Part shown: piece after piece, positions 16,707-26,043 of the stretch
Numbering within the stretch: position 1 is the first letter of the stretch
Layout: every line of letters starts with the position of its first letter
Assembly (NCBI GenBank): GCA_964244895.1
Contig: CAXTKV010000042.1
Location: 1-30,148 of the forward strand
DNA: 30,148 nt
From: an uncultured Deinococcales bacterium
Lineage (GTDB): Bacteria; Deinococcota; Deinococci; Deinococcales; JAAFIG01
Reading direction: 5' to 3'
The notes under the pieces: generated by a model
Seen by the model: the letters and a program-made list of their open reading frames with translations, nothing else
Database searches by the model: none
What the model was told of the DNA's origin: nothing
Position numbers and translations under genes: made by a program

Positions 16707-17723
16707 ATGAAGCGCTGGCTGATTCTGAGTCTCCTGACTGCATCGCTGGCGGCCTGTTCCCTGACCGGGCCGGGCGGCAGCAAGGAATCGTTCGAGGCCA
16801 ACGCGCGCCTGGCGCGCACCATCAACTTCGGGGACACCCTCGAAGTCCCGCCGAACGAAAGCTGGGGCGTGCCGCTCGAGGAACGGTATTTCGATCTGGT
16901 CAGGGACGCGGGGTTCAGCGCGATCCGCCTGCCCATCGGCTGGTCGTATTACGTCGGGGCGGGGCCGGAGTACGCGATTCAAAACGCGATCTTCGAGAAG
17001 GTGGATCGGGCGGTCAAGCTGGCGACGGATCGCAACCTGGCGATCATCCTGGATTACCACAGCGACGCCGCGCTGCGCGAGAACCCGACCGCATCCAGGG
17101 ACCGCTTCGTGGCGACCTGGCGGCAGATCGCGGCGCACTACCGGGGCGCGCCGACGGACGTGATCTTCGAGGTGCTGAACGAACCCAGTGAGGGGATTGA
17201 ACCGTACTGGAACGATTACATGAACCAGGCGCTGGGTGCGATCCGCGAGACGAACCCCGCGCGGGCCGTGATCGTGGGGCCGATCTACTGGTACAGCCCG
17301 GAGCGCCTGAAAGACCTGTACTTGCCGCCCGACGATGCGAACCTGATCGTCAGCATTCACAATTACCGCCCGTACCATTTCACGCACCAGGGCGCGGGCT
17401 GGATCAACGGTTCGGACGCGTGGTTGAGCCTGGAATGGGGCGATGGCACGGAGCGCAACGAGATGCTGACGTACTTCGATACCGCCGATCAGTGGGCGCG
17501 CTGGTTCAAACGCCCGATCTTCATGGGTGAATTCGGGGTGTTCGGCAGGGCCGACCCGGCCAAACGCGCGCGCTGGACGGAATTCGTGCGCACGGAAGCC
17601 GAGAAGCGCGGTTTCAGTTGGGGTTACTGGGAATTCGGGTCGGGTTTCGGCGTGTACGACCGCAAGGCGGAACGATGGCGCAAGGAAGTGCTCGAGGCGC
17701 TGATCCCGAAACAGAGGCCGTAA
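16707..17723 (+). CDS. Glycoside hydrolase family 5 (endoglucanase-like) lipoprotein
   Basis: Lipobox LAAC; INFG..LE, IRLPI.W, acid/base LNEP, H.Y.P..FTHQGA.W, nucleophile MGEFG, W.YWEF. Confidence 0.92.
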   Translation: MKRWLILSLLTASLAACSLTGPGGSKESFEANARLARTINFGDTLEVPPNESWGVPLEERYFDLVRDAGFSAIRLPIGWSYYVGAGPEYAIQNAIFEKVDRAVKLATDRNLAIILDYHSDAALRENPTASRDRFVATWRQIAAHYRGAPTDVIFEVLNEPSEGIEPYWNDYMNQALGAIRETNPARAVIVGPIYWYSPERLKDLYLPPDDANLIVSIHNYRPYHFTHQGAGWINGSDAWLSLEWGDGTERNEMLTYFDTADQWARWFKRPIFMGEFGVFGRADPAKRARWTEFVRTEAEKRGFSWGYWEFGSGFGVYDRKAERWRKEVLEALIPKQRP

Positions 17724-17752
17724 ACGCCTGCCCGAGAAAACTGAATTGATCT

Positions 17753-17800
17753 GGGCACCGTTCAGCACGCATTTTTATAGTTGCGTGCTGAACGGTGTTC
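17753..17800. repeat. Dispersed palindromic doublet, spacing 25 bp
   Basis: CACCGTTCAGCACGCA tttttatagt TGCGTGCTGAACGGTG (perfect 16-bp inverted repeat); centres 17764 and 17789. Confidence 0.9.
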
Positions 17801-17901
17801 TCGAGGATGCAACCTTCGCGGCGTGGGCAAAGATGGCGCACGTCTCTCGAGAGACTCGAGCTGTACCTGACGGGTAGACTGAGTTCAACCAAGGAGGCAG
17901 C

Positions 17902-18750
17902 ATGTTTCAGACGGGACTCTTGAAGGACAAGGTTGTGCTGGTCACGGGCGGCGGCACCGGATTGGGACGCTCGATGGCTGAACGGTTTCTGGAACTCGGG
18001 GCGAAAGTCGCGATCGCCAGCCGCAGGCAAGACGTGATCGAGACCGCCGCCCGAGAGATGGCGGAACAATTCGGTGGTGAAACCTTCGGCGTGCCGTGCG
18101 ACGTGCGCGACCCGGAAGCCGTGCGCGCCATGATCGACGCGGTCGAAGCGAAGCTCGGGCCAATTGACGTGCTCTTGAACAACGCCGCCGGGAACTTCAT
18201 CTCGCCGACCGAACGGCTCTCGCACCGCGCCTTCGATACGGTGCTGAATATCGTCCTGCACGGCACGGTCTACTGCACGATGGACGCGGGCAAGCGCTGG
18301 ATCGAGCGCGGGCAAAAAGGCACCGTGTTGAATATCGTCACAACCTACGCGCTGGCGGGTTCGGGCTACGTCGTACCGTCCGCCACGGCCAAGGCGGGCG
18401 TGATCGCGCTGACCAAATCCCTGGCGGCGGAGTGGGGCAAGTACGGCATTCGATTGAACGCCATCGCACCGGGGCCGTTCCCAACGGAGGGCGCGTGGTC
18501 GAGGCTGATGCCCACGCCAGAAATCGAGCGGATGTTCGATGCGCGCATCCCCTTGAAACGCGTCGGGCAGCACATCGAACTGGCCAACCTGGCGGCCTTT
18601 TTGATCTCCGACATGGCGGGGTACATCACCGGTGACGTGATCGCGATCGACGGCGGCGAGACCGTCTGGGGCGCGGGCGAGTTCAACATCCTGGATGCCG
18701 TGACGCCGGAACAGTGGGATGCGCTCGAGGCGATGCGAAAAAAGGCCTGA
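17902..18750 (+). CDS. SDR oxidoreductase, 2,4-dienoyl-CoA reductase-like
   Basis: VTGGGTGLG, NNAAGNFISPTERLS..AF.TV..IVL.GT, AKAGV.ALTKSLA.EWG.YGIR.NAIAPGP; SD AAGGAGG. Confidence 0.9.
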   Translation: MFQTGLLKDKVVLVTGGGTGLGRSMAERFLELGAKVAIASRRQDVIETAAREMAEQFGGETFGVPCDVRDPEAVRAMIDAVEAKLGPIDVLLNNAAGNFISPTERLSHRAFDTVLNIVLHGTVYCTMDAGKRWIERGQKGTVLNIVTTYALAGSGYVVPSATAKAGVIALTKSLAAEWGKYGIRLNAIAPGPFPTEGAWSRLMPTPEIERMFDARIPLKRVGQHIELANLAAFLISDMAGYITGDVIAIDGGETVWGAGEFNILDAVTPEQWDALEAMRKKA

Positions 18751-18770
18751 GGCTCGAGGTTGAGATTCGA

Positions 18771-18818
18771 GAACACCGTCTGAGACGCAGTATTCAAACT
18801 GCGTCCCGGACGGTGTTC
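18771..18818. repeat. Dispersed palindromic doublet, spacing 25 bp
   Basis: GAACACCGT ctgag ACGCAGT attcaa ACTGCGT cccgg ACGGTGTTC; centres 18782 and 18807. Confidence 0.9.
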
Positions 18819-19015
18819 TTTTGCGGTTGGAAATTGCGATGACCTGATTCGGTGAAGGCGAACCCGAGGTTCTCCTCTACGAAACCTGTCGCATTACAGC
18901 GGCGCGCAGGAACCTCGACGCGATCTCGGATGCCTTACGCCCAGACTCGAGCCGTTCTGCGTCAACCATGATGAATGGATCTCCTGCGAACGTGACCGAA
19001 TGCGGTTCGTGGGCA

Positions 19016-19077
19016 GGGTAACCACAAGGGTTACCCCTACAAAACCTGTCCTGTAGGGGCAACCTTTATGGTTGCCC
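19016..19077. repeat. GTAG-family REP doublet (REPIN-like)
   Basis: Minus-strand GTAGGGGTAACCCTTGTGGTTACCC (19016-19040) and plus-strand GTAGGGGCAACCTTTATGGTTGCCC (19053-19077): each is GTAG plus a hairpin, and the two form an inverted pair. Confidence 0.8.
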
Positions 19078-19246
19078 TCGTAGGGAACGGGCGTGAAGAT
19101 CAACTTTCGCAGGAGGTTTAATACCGCATCAGGCAGGCCTGCTGTTCCCTCGAGATGGGTCGAACACGTTTCGCGGTGTTCTCGAGACATGGTTTGGCGC
19201 GACCGATCCGACAGTTGGTCGTGTCGGAACCGCGTCGGGCGTCGGC

Positions 19247-19295
19247 TTGACAAATCCAAAGCCTTCCTTTAAATTGAATGAACATTCATTCAATT
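19247..19295 (+). promoter_or_regulatory. Sigma70-type promoter with an overlapping TetR operator
   Basis: TTGACA (19247-52), 17 bp, TAAATT (19270-75); perfect inverted repeat AATTGAATGAA-ca-TTCATTCAATT (19272-19295). Confidence 0.85.
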
Positions 19296-19319
19296 GAATG
19301 TCAGATCAGAAAGAGTCCG

Positions 19320-20000
19320 ATGCCCAGAAAAAAACCAAATCCCGAACTTCAAGAAAAGCTGGCCGCCGTCAAACGCGACCAGATCCTCGATGCCGCCCGC
19401 GCGGTCTTCGCAGAAAAAGATTTCCACCGCGCCACCATCAAGGACGTGGCAGCGCGCGCGGGCGTGGCGGACGGCACGGTCTACAACTATTTTGAAAACA
19501 AGAACGCGTTGATCCTGGGATTGATGGATCGCTTCACGCAGGGCGTTCAGCCACAATCAGCGGCGCAAACCGCATCGCGCAAAGCCAAGCTCGAGCGACC
19601 CGCACCGTTCGACCTGGAAGGCTTCGTGCGCACCAGCACGCGCGAACGCTTCGCGATGCTGTCCGAGGAAAGCATCAGTTTGTTCCAGGCGATCCTGCCG
19701 GAAATCATCGCCAACCCCGACCTGCGGGCGCTCTACCGCGAGCGAATCATCGCGCCCAGCCAGGCGGGTGCAAACCAGGTCGTCGAGGCCATCAGCCGCT
19801 CGAGCGGAATGGCGCGCGATCAAGTCAGGCTGGGCTTGCAACTCGAGGCCGCCATGTTCATCGGTCTGATCGTGCAGCGCATCATCGGTGATGCGCTTCT
19901 GGAGCAGCACTGGGGCGATCTGCCGGACGCGATCAGCGATCTGATGCTCAAAGGATTCGGCGCGGCCAAGCCCGGTCAACCCCGAAAAAAGCGCGGCTGA
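19320..20000 (+). CDS. TetR/AcrR-family regulator
   Basis: R.QILDAARAVFAEK.FH.ATIKDVA.RAGVA.GTVYNYF.NK..L HTH. Confidence 0.93.
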   Translation: MPRKKPNPELQEKLAAVKRDQILDAARAVFAEKDFHRATIKDVAARAGVADGTVYNYFENKNALILGLMDRFTQGVQPQSAAQTASRKAKLERPAPFDLEGFVRTSTRERFAMLSEESISLFQAILPEIIANPDLRALYRERIIAPSQAGANQVVEAISRSSGMARDQVRLGLQLEAAMFIGLIVQRIIGDALLEQHWGDLPDAISDLMLKGFGAAKPGQPRKKRG

Positions 20001-20018
20001 ACAGTTTTTGAATCACGA

Positions 20019-20081
20019 AAACACCGCCCCCAACGCGTATTCTCGAGAAAAACCGTAGTTCTCTCGTCCAGAACGGTGTTC
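20019..20081. repeat. Dispersed palindromic doublet (degenerate), spacing 40 bp
   Basis: AAACACCGC cccca ACGCG ... TCGT ccaga ACGGTGTTC; centres 20030 and 20070 (the only off-register pair). Confidence 0.65.
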
Positions 20082-20120
20082 GCGCCGTTCGCACAAAAAC
20101 CGTAGCGGAAGGAATCCAAC

Positions 20121-21383
20121 ATGAACATCGCCATCATCGCGCTCGGCAGCCAGGGGGACGTGCAACCGTACATCGCGCTCGGCAAGGGTTTGTCGGAGGC
20201 GGGTCACGCCGTCCGGCTGGTCACGCACGAGAACTTCGAGAAACCCGTGCGCGCGCACGGCCTGGAATTTCACGCCATGCCGGGCAACGTCCAGGAATTT
20301 CTCGAGACACCCGAGATGCGAGCGCTAACGGAAAAAGGGAATTTTATTGCCATCACCGCGCGGGCCGCCAGGGAATCGCAGCGCGTGACGCTCCTGTGGG
20401 CCAGGGCCGGGCTCGAGGCCTGCCGGGGCGCGGAATTGATCGTCGCGGGCGTCGGCGGGATGTACGTGGGCTTCAGCATCGCCCAGAAGCTCGACCTGCC
20501 GATGGTGCAGGCGCACGTCTTTCCGTTCACCCCGACCGGAGATTTCCCCGGCGTGCTCTTCCCGCAAGCCATCACCAGGCTGGGGCGGGGCGTCAACCGC
20601 GCCTCGCACGAGTTGATCCGGCAAGTCATGTGGCAGGGTTCTCGGGTGGCTGACGCGATGGCGCGAGAACAGGTGCTGAACCTGCCCGCCGCACCGTTCT
20701 TCGGGCCGTACAACGATGAACGCCTGAACCGTTACCCCACGCTCTACGGCTTCAGCCCATCCGTGATTCCGCCGCCGAGAGACTGGAACGATGCTCGCGT
20801 GACCGGCTACTGGTTTCTGGAATCCGCGCCCGACTGGACGCCGCCCGCAGACCTGGAAGCCTTCCTGGCAAACGGCCCAGCGCCCATCTACGTCGGTTTC
20901 GGCAGCATGGGCAGCCGCAACCCGGCCCAGACCGCAGAACTGGTGTTGCAGGCCCTGACCAGCACCGGACAGCGCGCGGTGATGCAATCGGGCTGGGGCG
21001 GTCTGGGCACTGAAAACCTGCCGGACAACGTTCACGCGGTCAGTTCCGTGCCGCACGCGTGGTTGTTCCCCCGCATGGCCGCCGTCGTGCATCACGGCGG
21101 CGCGGGAACCACGGCGGCGGGCTTGCGGGCGGGCGTGCCATCCATCATTGTTCCGTTCTTCGGCGATCAGGCCTTCTGGGGCGAGCGCGTCGCCAGCCTG
21201 GGCGTCGGGCCTCGAGCCATTCCGCGCAAGCGACTGACGGCGGATCGGCTGGCGCAGGCCATCCAGCGGGCCGTATCCGATCAGGGCATGCGCCAGCGCG
21301 CCCGCGATCTGGGCGAGCGGATCAGATCCGAGGATGGGATCGGTAACGCGGTCGCGGCGATCAACGCCATCAATCTCGGTTGA
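20121..21383 (+). CDS. GT1 glycosyltransferase (sterol-glucosyltransferase/UGT-like)
   Basis: GSQGDVQPYIALG..L...GH.V, TGYWF, IYVGFGSM, PH.WLFP...AVVHHGGAGTT.AGL.AGVP...PFFGDQ.FWG. Confidence 0.93.
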   Translation: MNIAIIALGSQGDVQPYIALGKGLSEAGHAVRLVTHENFEKPVRAHGLEFHAMPGNVQEFLETPEMRALTEKGNFIAITARAARESQRVTLLWARAGLEACRGAELIVAGVGGMYVGFSIAQKLDLPMVQAHVFPFTPTGDFPGVLFPQAITRLGRGVNRASHELIRQVMWQGSRVADAMAREQVLNLPAAPFFGPYNDERLNRYPTLYGFSPSVIPPPRDWNDARVTGYWFLESAPDWTPPADLEAFLANGPAPIYVGFGSMGSRNPAQTAELVLQALTSTGQRAVMQSGWGGLGTENLPDNVHAVSSVPHAWLFPRMAAVVHHGGAGTTAAGLRAGVPSIIVPFFGDQAFWGERVASLGVGPRAIPRKRLTADRLAQAIQRAVSDQGMRQRARDLGERIRSEDGIGNAVAAINAINLG

Positions 21384-21402
21384 CCGCGAGGAATCACATC
21401 AG

Positions 21403-21461
21403 GAACACCGTCCTGGACGGCATTCTCGAGACCAACAGGAAATGCGTGCCAGACGGTCTTC
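21403..21461. repeat. Dispersed palindromic doublet, spacing 36 bp
   Basis: GAACACCGT cctgg ACGGCATTC ... TGCGT gccag ACGGTCTTC; centres 21414 and 21450. Confidence 0.88.
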
Positions 21462-21556
21462 TCGAGTGACGCACGGTAAAAAACCTTCCACTCGAGAAGC
21501 GCGACCTAAGCAATTCGGCGCTGGCTTTGAGCGCGCGTCCGCGCCAGACTGCGCGC

Positions 21557-22348
21557 ATGAAGCTGCAATCGCTCGGTTACCGCACGGACTTGATCTTCGC
21601 GAATTTCAACGGCAACGTGATGGATCGCGGGGATCACCTGGTGATTCGCACGCCGTCGAATCCAACGTTCTACTGGGGCAATTTCGTGATCTTCGAGTCC
21701 GCACCTCGAGCCGCCGACACAGAAACCTGGCTCGAGACGTTCCGAGCAGAAATTCCTTACGCCGAGCACGTCGCCATCGGCTGGGACGCTCAGGAGCGCG
21801 GCGAAACCGGGGCGTTCCTGGATGCCGGACTCACGCTCGAGGAATCCGTCGTCATGACCGCAAAAGCCGTTCACGCGCCCGCGAAGCTCAATGCGCAAGC
21901 CGTCTACCGCGCCCTCGAGACCGATGAAGATTACGCGCAGGCCGTCAGTCTGGGCGAAGCCTGCAACGACGATCACGAAGCCTCGGGCTACCGCGTGTTT
22001 CTCGAGCGCAAATTCGCGGCCTACAAGGAGATGGCGAACGCGGGATTGGGCGCTTGGTTCGGCGCGTTCCTGGACGGGCGCATGGTCTGCGGCATGGGGT
22101 TGTTCACGGATGCCGCGCCCACGGATCGCATCGCGCGGTTCCAGAAGGTAGAGACGCACCCGGATTTCCGGCGGTTGGGATTGTGCGGCACGCTGGTGCA
22201 TCGCGTCGGACTGTACGGGCTGGAGCATCTGCGGGCCGAAACGCTGGTGATGGTCGCCGACCCCGAGTACCACGCGGCGCGCATCTACGAATCGGTCGGG
22301 TTCCGGGCGACCGAGAAGCAATTCGGGATTCTGAAATCCGGGGATTGA
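21557..22348 (+). CDS. GNAT-family N-acetyltransferase (C-terminal GNAT domain)
   Basis: SLG.RTDL...RTP.NP.FYWGN; ARFQ.VETHPDFRR.GL.GTLV; A.RIYESVGF. Confidence 0.88.
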   Translation: MKLQSLGYRTDLIFANFNGNVMDRGDHLVIRTPSNPTFYWGNFVIFESAPRAADTETWLETFRAEIPYAEHVAIGWDAQERGETGAFLDAGLTLEESVVMTAKAVHAPAKLNAQAVYRALETDEDYAQAVSLGEACNDDHEASGYRVFLERKFAAYKEMANAGLGAWFGAFLDGRMVCGMGLFTDAAPTDRIARFQKVETHPDFRRLGLCGTLVHRVGLYGLEHLRAETLVMVADPEYHAARIYESVGFRATEKQFGILKSGD

Positions 22349-22388
22349 AACTCGAGCCCGACGCATCAATTCATATCGAATCACCCAA

Positions 22389-22436
22389 GAACACCGTCCA
22401 GCACGCACTTATTTATTCGCGTCCTGGACGGTGTTC
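22389..22436. repeat. Dispersed palindromic doublet, spacing 25 bp
   Basis: GAACACCGT ccagc ACGCA ... CGCGT cctgg ACGGTGTTC; centres 22400 and 22425. Confidence 0.9.
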
Positions 22437-22496
22437 CCGCATCCCACTCGAGCCCGAGGACGTTTCGCTCAGGGCATAACTTGGTAAACTTCGCGT

Positions 22497-24839
22497 GTGC
22501 CGACCGTCGAAGAGTTGCGCGAGCGACTGAAAAAACCCCTCCAGCGCGAACTGGACATGGGTTGCCAGAACCGCGTCGTCACGGCGGGACTCGAGGCGCT
22601 ATTAACCAACGTGGCCGCACCGTTCCCAAAAGTGCGCGCCGTGCTGGACGGCTACGGCGTGATGAGCGTGGATGAACGCCGCCAACGCTTGCTCGAGGCG
22701 CTCGAGTTGCTGGACGTGGAACGCAAACCCGCTACACCTGCACCGCGCCCCAACGCTCGCGCCGCCGTACCCGCGACGCTCGAGCGCACGACCTTCACGC
22801 CGGACACGGACGTGACGCGGTTGAACGTCGGGCCGGGCGGCGCGAAAAAATTGAACGCGCTCGGCATCCGCACGATGCGCGATCTGCTGCACAACTATCC
22901 CCGACGCTACGAGGACCGCCGCAAACTGCCCGGATTCCACGTTATCGAGGACGGCGCTCGCGTCACCATCGTCGGCACGATCACCGCCAAATCCAGGCAC
23001 GCGCCGCGACCCGGAATGTTGTTGCTGAAAGCCACCATGCGCGACGACTTCGGGAATACCGCCACCGCGACCTGGTTCAACCAGCCGTGGGTGGAGAAAA
23101 ATTTGCGCGAGGGCAACCGGTTGATCGTGACCGGCAAGGCCAAACGCTTCGGGCGCAAGCTCGAGGTCGGCGTCGAGTATTTCGAGAACGACTCCGACGA
23201 GACGGAATCCATGTCCACGGATCGGATCATCGGCGTCTACGGCGCGACGGACGGCATCTCTCAGGCCTTCATCCGCAAGTGCGAACGTGTCGGGCTGGAG
23301 GCGTTACCCGAACCCGAAGATTTCCTCTCGAGCCACCAACGCGGCACGTTGGGCTTGCTGCGCTACGCCGAGGCGCTCCACGAAGCGCACTTCCCGACTG
23401 ACGAGGAACGGCTTGAAAAGGCGCTCTCCAGGTTGAAATTCGACGAGTACCTGTTTCTCGAATTGCGCGTCATGCTCCAGGGCGAGAACGGGCTCGAGGG
23501 CAAACAATTCAGCGCCCGCGACGAGGATATTCTCGAGTTCGAGCGCGCGCTTCCGTTCAAGTTCACCAACGCCCAACGCCGCGCCATCCTCGAGATCGCG
23601 GGCGACATGCGATCCGACAAACAGATGGCGCGATTGCTGCAAGGCGACGTGGGTTCCGGCAAGACCGCCGTGGCCGCCTGCGCCATCTACCTCGCCACAC
23701 GCGACGGCATGCAGGGCGCGCTGATGGCCCCGACCGAAATCCTGGCGCGGCAACACTACGCCAACCTCTGCACGTATTTTTACCCGCTCGGGCTGCGCGT
23801 TGAACTCTTGATCGGCGCGATGACGGCGCGCGAACGCGCGGAAGCTCGAGAACGCATCCAATCTGGAGCCGTCGAGGTCGTGGTCGGCACGCAAGCCTTG
23901 ATCCAAGAAGGTGTGGAATTCCACAAGCTCGGCGTGGCCGTGGTGGACGAGGAACACCGTTTCGGCGTGATGCAGCGCCGTGCGCTCCTGAAAGACCGCC
24001 CTGACGTGCTGGTGATGTCCGCCACGCCGATCCCGCGCAGCCTCGCGCTGACGGCCTACGGCGATCTCGAGCTGACGATCATTGACGAACTGCCACCCGG
24101 ACGCACCCCGATCCAGACGAAACTGCTGATGGACACGCACCGCCGTCAGGCGTACAGCTTCGTGATGAAACACATCCTGGAAGGCCGCCAGGCGTACGTG
24201 GTCGCGCCACTGATCGAGGAATCCGAGAAAATGACCGAAATCCTGGCCGCCACGCAACTGGCGGATGACCTCAAAGTGATCCTGCCCGAAGCCAGAATCG
24301 AACTGCTGCACGGTCAGATGAAAGCCGACCAGAAAGACGAGATCATGAACCGGTTTCGCTCGAGACAGTTCGATATTCTCGTGTCCACCACCGTGATCGA
24401 AGTCGGCGTGGACGTGCCTAATTCGACCGTGATCGTGATTGAAAACGCCGAACGCTTTGGGTTATCGCAGCTTCACCAGTTGCGCGGACGCGTCGGGCGC
24501 GGCGACAAGCAGAGCTATTGCATCCTGATCGCGGGCGAGCATTCCAAACGCACCAAAGAACGCCTGAAAGTCATCGAGGGCAGCACCGACGGATTCAAGA
24601 TCGCCGAAGCCGATTTGCGCCTGCGCGGCCCCGGCGAGATTCGCGGCACGCGCCAGAGCGGTGTGCTGGATTTGAAACTCGGTGATATCTCCAGCGATAC
24701 AGAAGTGATCGAACAAGCCAGGGATTACGCCAAGAAGGTTTTAGCCGATGACCCACGGCTCGAGAAACCTGCGAACGCCGTGCTGCGTGCGGAATTGCAA
24801 GCACGGGCGGAGATGGTGGCGATCAGGGATGTGATTTAA
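22497..24839 (+). CDS. recG: ATP-dependent DNA helicase RecG
   Basis: Wedge domain (PRRYEDR, WFNQP), [68 protein letters not shown]. TGgTAAACT lies 6 nt before the GTG. Confidence 0.98.
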   Translation: MPTVEELRERLKKPLQRELDMGCQNRVVTAGLEALLTNVAAPFPKVRAVLDGYGVMSVDERRQRLLEALELLDVERKPATPAPRPNARAAVPATLERTTFTPDTDVTRLNVGPGGAKKLNALGIRTMRDLLHNYPRRYEDRRKLPGFHVIEDGARVTIVGTITAKSRHAPRPGMLLLKATMRDDFGNTATATWFNQPWVEKNLREGNRLIVTGKAKRFGRKLEVGVEYFENDSDETESMSTDRIIGVYGATDGISQAFIRKCERVGLEALPEPEDFLSSHQRGTLGLLRYAEALHEAHFPTDEERLEKALSRLKFDEYLFLELRVMLQGENGLEGKQFSARDEDILEFERALPFKFTNAQRRAILEIAGDMRSDKQMARLLQGDVGSGKTAVAACAIYLATRDGMQGALMAPTEILARQHYANLCTYFYPLGLRVELLIGAMTARERAEARERIQSGAVEVVVGTQALIQEGVEFHKLGVAVVDEEHRFGVMQRRALLKDRPDVLVMSATPIPRSLALTAYGDLELTIIDELPPGRTPIQTKLLMDTHRRQAYSFVMKHILEGRQAYVVAPLIEESEKMTEILAATQLADDLKVILPEARIELLHGQMKADQKDEIMNRFRSRQFDILVSTTVIEVGVDVPNSTVIVIENAERFGLSQLHQLRGRVGRGDKQSYCILIAGEHSKRTKERLKVIEGSTDGFKIAEADLRLRGPGEIRGTRQSGVLDLKLGDISSDTEVIEQARDYAKKVLADDPRLEKPANAVLRAELQARAEMVAIRDVI

Positions 24840-24849
24840 ACAAAACGAT

Positions 24850-25266
24850 TTACGAATCAACCTTGGCGTATTCAATCACGTCTTGAGGCTTCGCACCCAT
24901 GAATCCAATCGGAACACCCGCCGCTCGCAAGGCTCGATTCGCGCGAGTGTTCAGAACAAGAAGTGCCACTGCATCAATCACAAGAGCGAACAGTAGCGCC
25001 CAGCCGATAATCTCAGGGTTTCTAAATCCAATTGTACCAACCGAGAGCGCAGTTACATAGACGAGCGGAACTAACCAGGGTGTCAGCCCAACTGATTGGC
25101 TCAACTTCCATGCTGCAACCAACAAGATGCAAGTCGCAATGACACTAAGTGGACCGCTGATACCTGGAGTTCTCAGTGCCGAAGCTGCTACATTGGCTGC
25201 CACCGCGTGGTTGAACCAGAATTGCCATGTCGCCATCGTAAGAAGTTCATCTTTGGTGTAACGCAT
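24850..25266 (-). CDS. Hypothetical membrane protein with atypical (lower) GC
   Basis: 138 aa with 3-4 hydrophobic segments; SD GGAG; many A/T-ending codons; no CTCGAG. Confidence 0.75.
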   Translation of the reverse strand: MRYTKDELLTMATWQFWFNHAVAANVAASALRTPGISGPLSVIATCILLVAAWKLSQSVGLTPWLVPLVYVTALSVGTIGFRNPEIIGWALLFALVIDAVALLVLNTRANRALRAAGVPIGFMGAKPQDVIEYAKVDS

Positions 25267-25329
25267 CTATTCTCCAGCATGAATCGTATTGGTCCATTTG
25301 TCCTTGCAATGGTCAGCGGTCACACCGAA

Positions 25330-25377
25330 GAGCACCGTCCTGCACGCGTTATTTGATTCGCGTCCTGGACGGTCTAT
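25330..25377. repeat. Dispersed palindromic doublet, spacing 25 bp
   Basis: GAGCACCGT cctgc ACGCG ... CGCGT cctgg ACGGTCTAT; centres 25341 and 25366; overlaps the Uma2 stop codon. Confidence 0.85.
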
Positions 25378-25955
25378 TCGCTCTTGTCTCGAGTTTCCAA
25401 ATCGATCCCCGCGTAAATCTGTTCGAGGCTCAACGTTGTCTCGAGGCACGGAATCTCGATCTCGCCTTCACCGGTGAACATCTCGTACATCCAGCCATTG
25501 ATGGTGCGCTTGAACACGGCTACGTGGCGTTCGTTCGGGTTGACGACCACGTACCGTTCCAGGCTCGGCATCTCGAGGTACGCGTCCTGTTTGACGCCAC
25601 GGTCGCGCCAGGCGGTGCTGGGTGATAAGACCTCGAGTACAAAGCACGCGTTCTCGAGAAAGTTCGAGTCGTTCGGGGTGGGTTGGCGCGTGATGACCAC
25701 ATCTGGGTAGAAAAACTTGCGGCTCGAGACGCGCAACTTGATTGTTTTGATGCTGAATCGGTAGCCGCGTTCTCGAGAGATGGGGCGCAAAGCTTTGGTC
25801 ACGTTCAGCACGATATCCTCATGCCCGAGCGTTTCACCCGCCATCGCGTAAAGATGTCCGTCCTCGTACTCGTGGCGTTCGTCGGACTGCTCCTCGAACG
25901 CGAGGTATTCGTCTAAGGTCATCAAACGTTTGGGTTTGTCGCGCAGAGCGGTCAT
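25374..25955 (-). CDS. Uma2-family (DUF820) putative PD-(D/E)xK endonuclease
   Basis: MT.DEYL.FE..S..RHEY.DG.LYAMAG....H..I..N, YPDVV, EVLSPST...DRG.K...Y..MPSL..YV.V. TACACT lies 5 nt before ATG 25955. Confidence 0.92.
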   Translation of the reverse strand: MTALRDKPKRLMTLDEYLAFEEQSDERHEYEDGHLYAMAGETLGHEDIVLNVTKALRPISRERGYRFSIKTIKLRVSSRKFFYPDVVITRQPTPNDSNFLENACFVLEVLSPSTAWRDRGVKQDAYLEMPSLERYVVVNPNERHVAVFKRTINGWMYEMFTGEGEIEIPCLETTLSLEQIYAGIDLETRDKSE

Positions 25956-25971
25956 GGCTGAGTGTATAACA

Positions 25972-26019
25972 AAACGCCGTCCCAGACGCATATTTTATTT
26001 CGTGTACGGGACGGTGTTC
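25972..26019. repeat. Dispersed palindromic doublet, spacing 25 bp
   Basis: AAACGCCGT cccag ACGCA ... GTGT acggg ACGGTGTTC; centres 25983 and 26008. Confidence 0.85.
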
Positions 26020-26043
26020 AGGGAATCGAGCGATTCTGGGCGC

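Noticed and set aside
18820..19015. Possible RAYT/transposase remnant beside the GTAG REPs
   Set aside because: No HUH or other transposase motif in the frames I could read.
19162..19181. GAACACGTTTCGCGGTGTTC as another family site
   Set aside because: The ends match, but it is 3 bp short with a broken core; possibly a decayed copy, not counted.
258..26019. Repeats as integron attC sites (AAC...GTT ends, one per gene)
   Set aside because: Flanks do not fit RYYYAAC/GTTRRRY, genes are in both orientations and include housekeeping genes and operon interiors, and no integrase is present.
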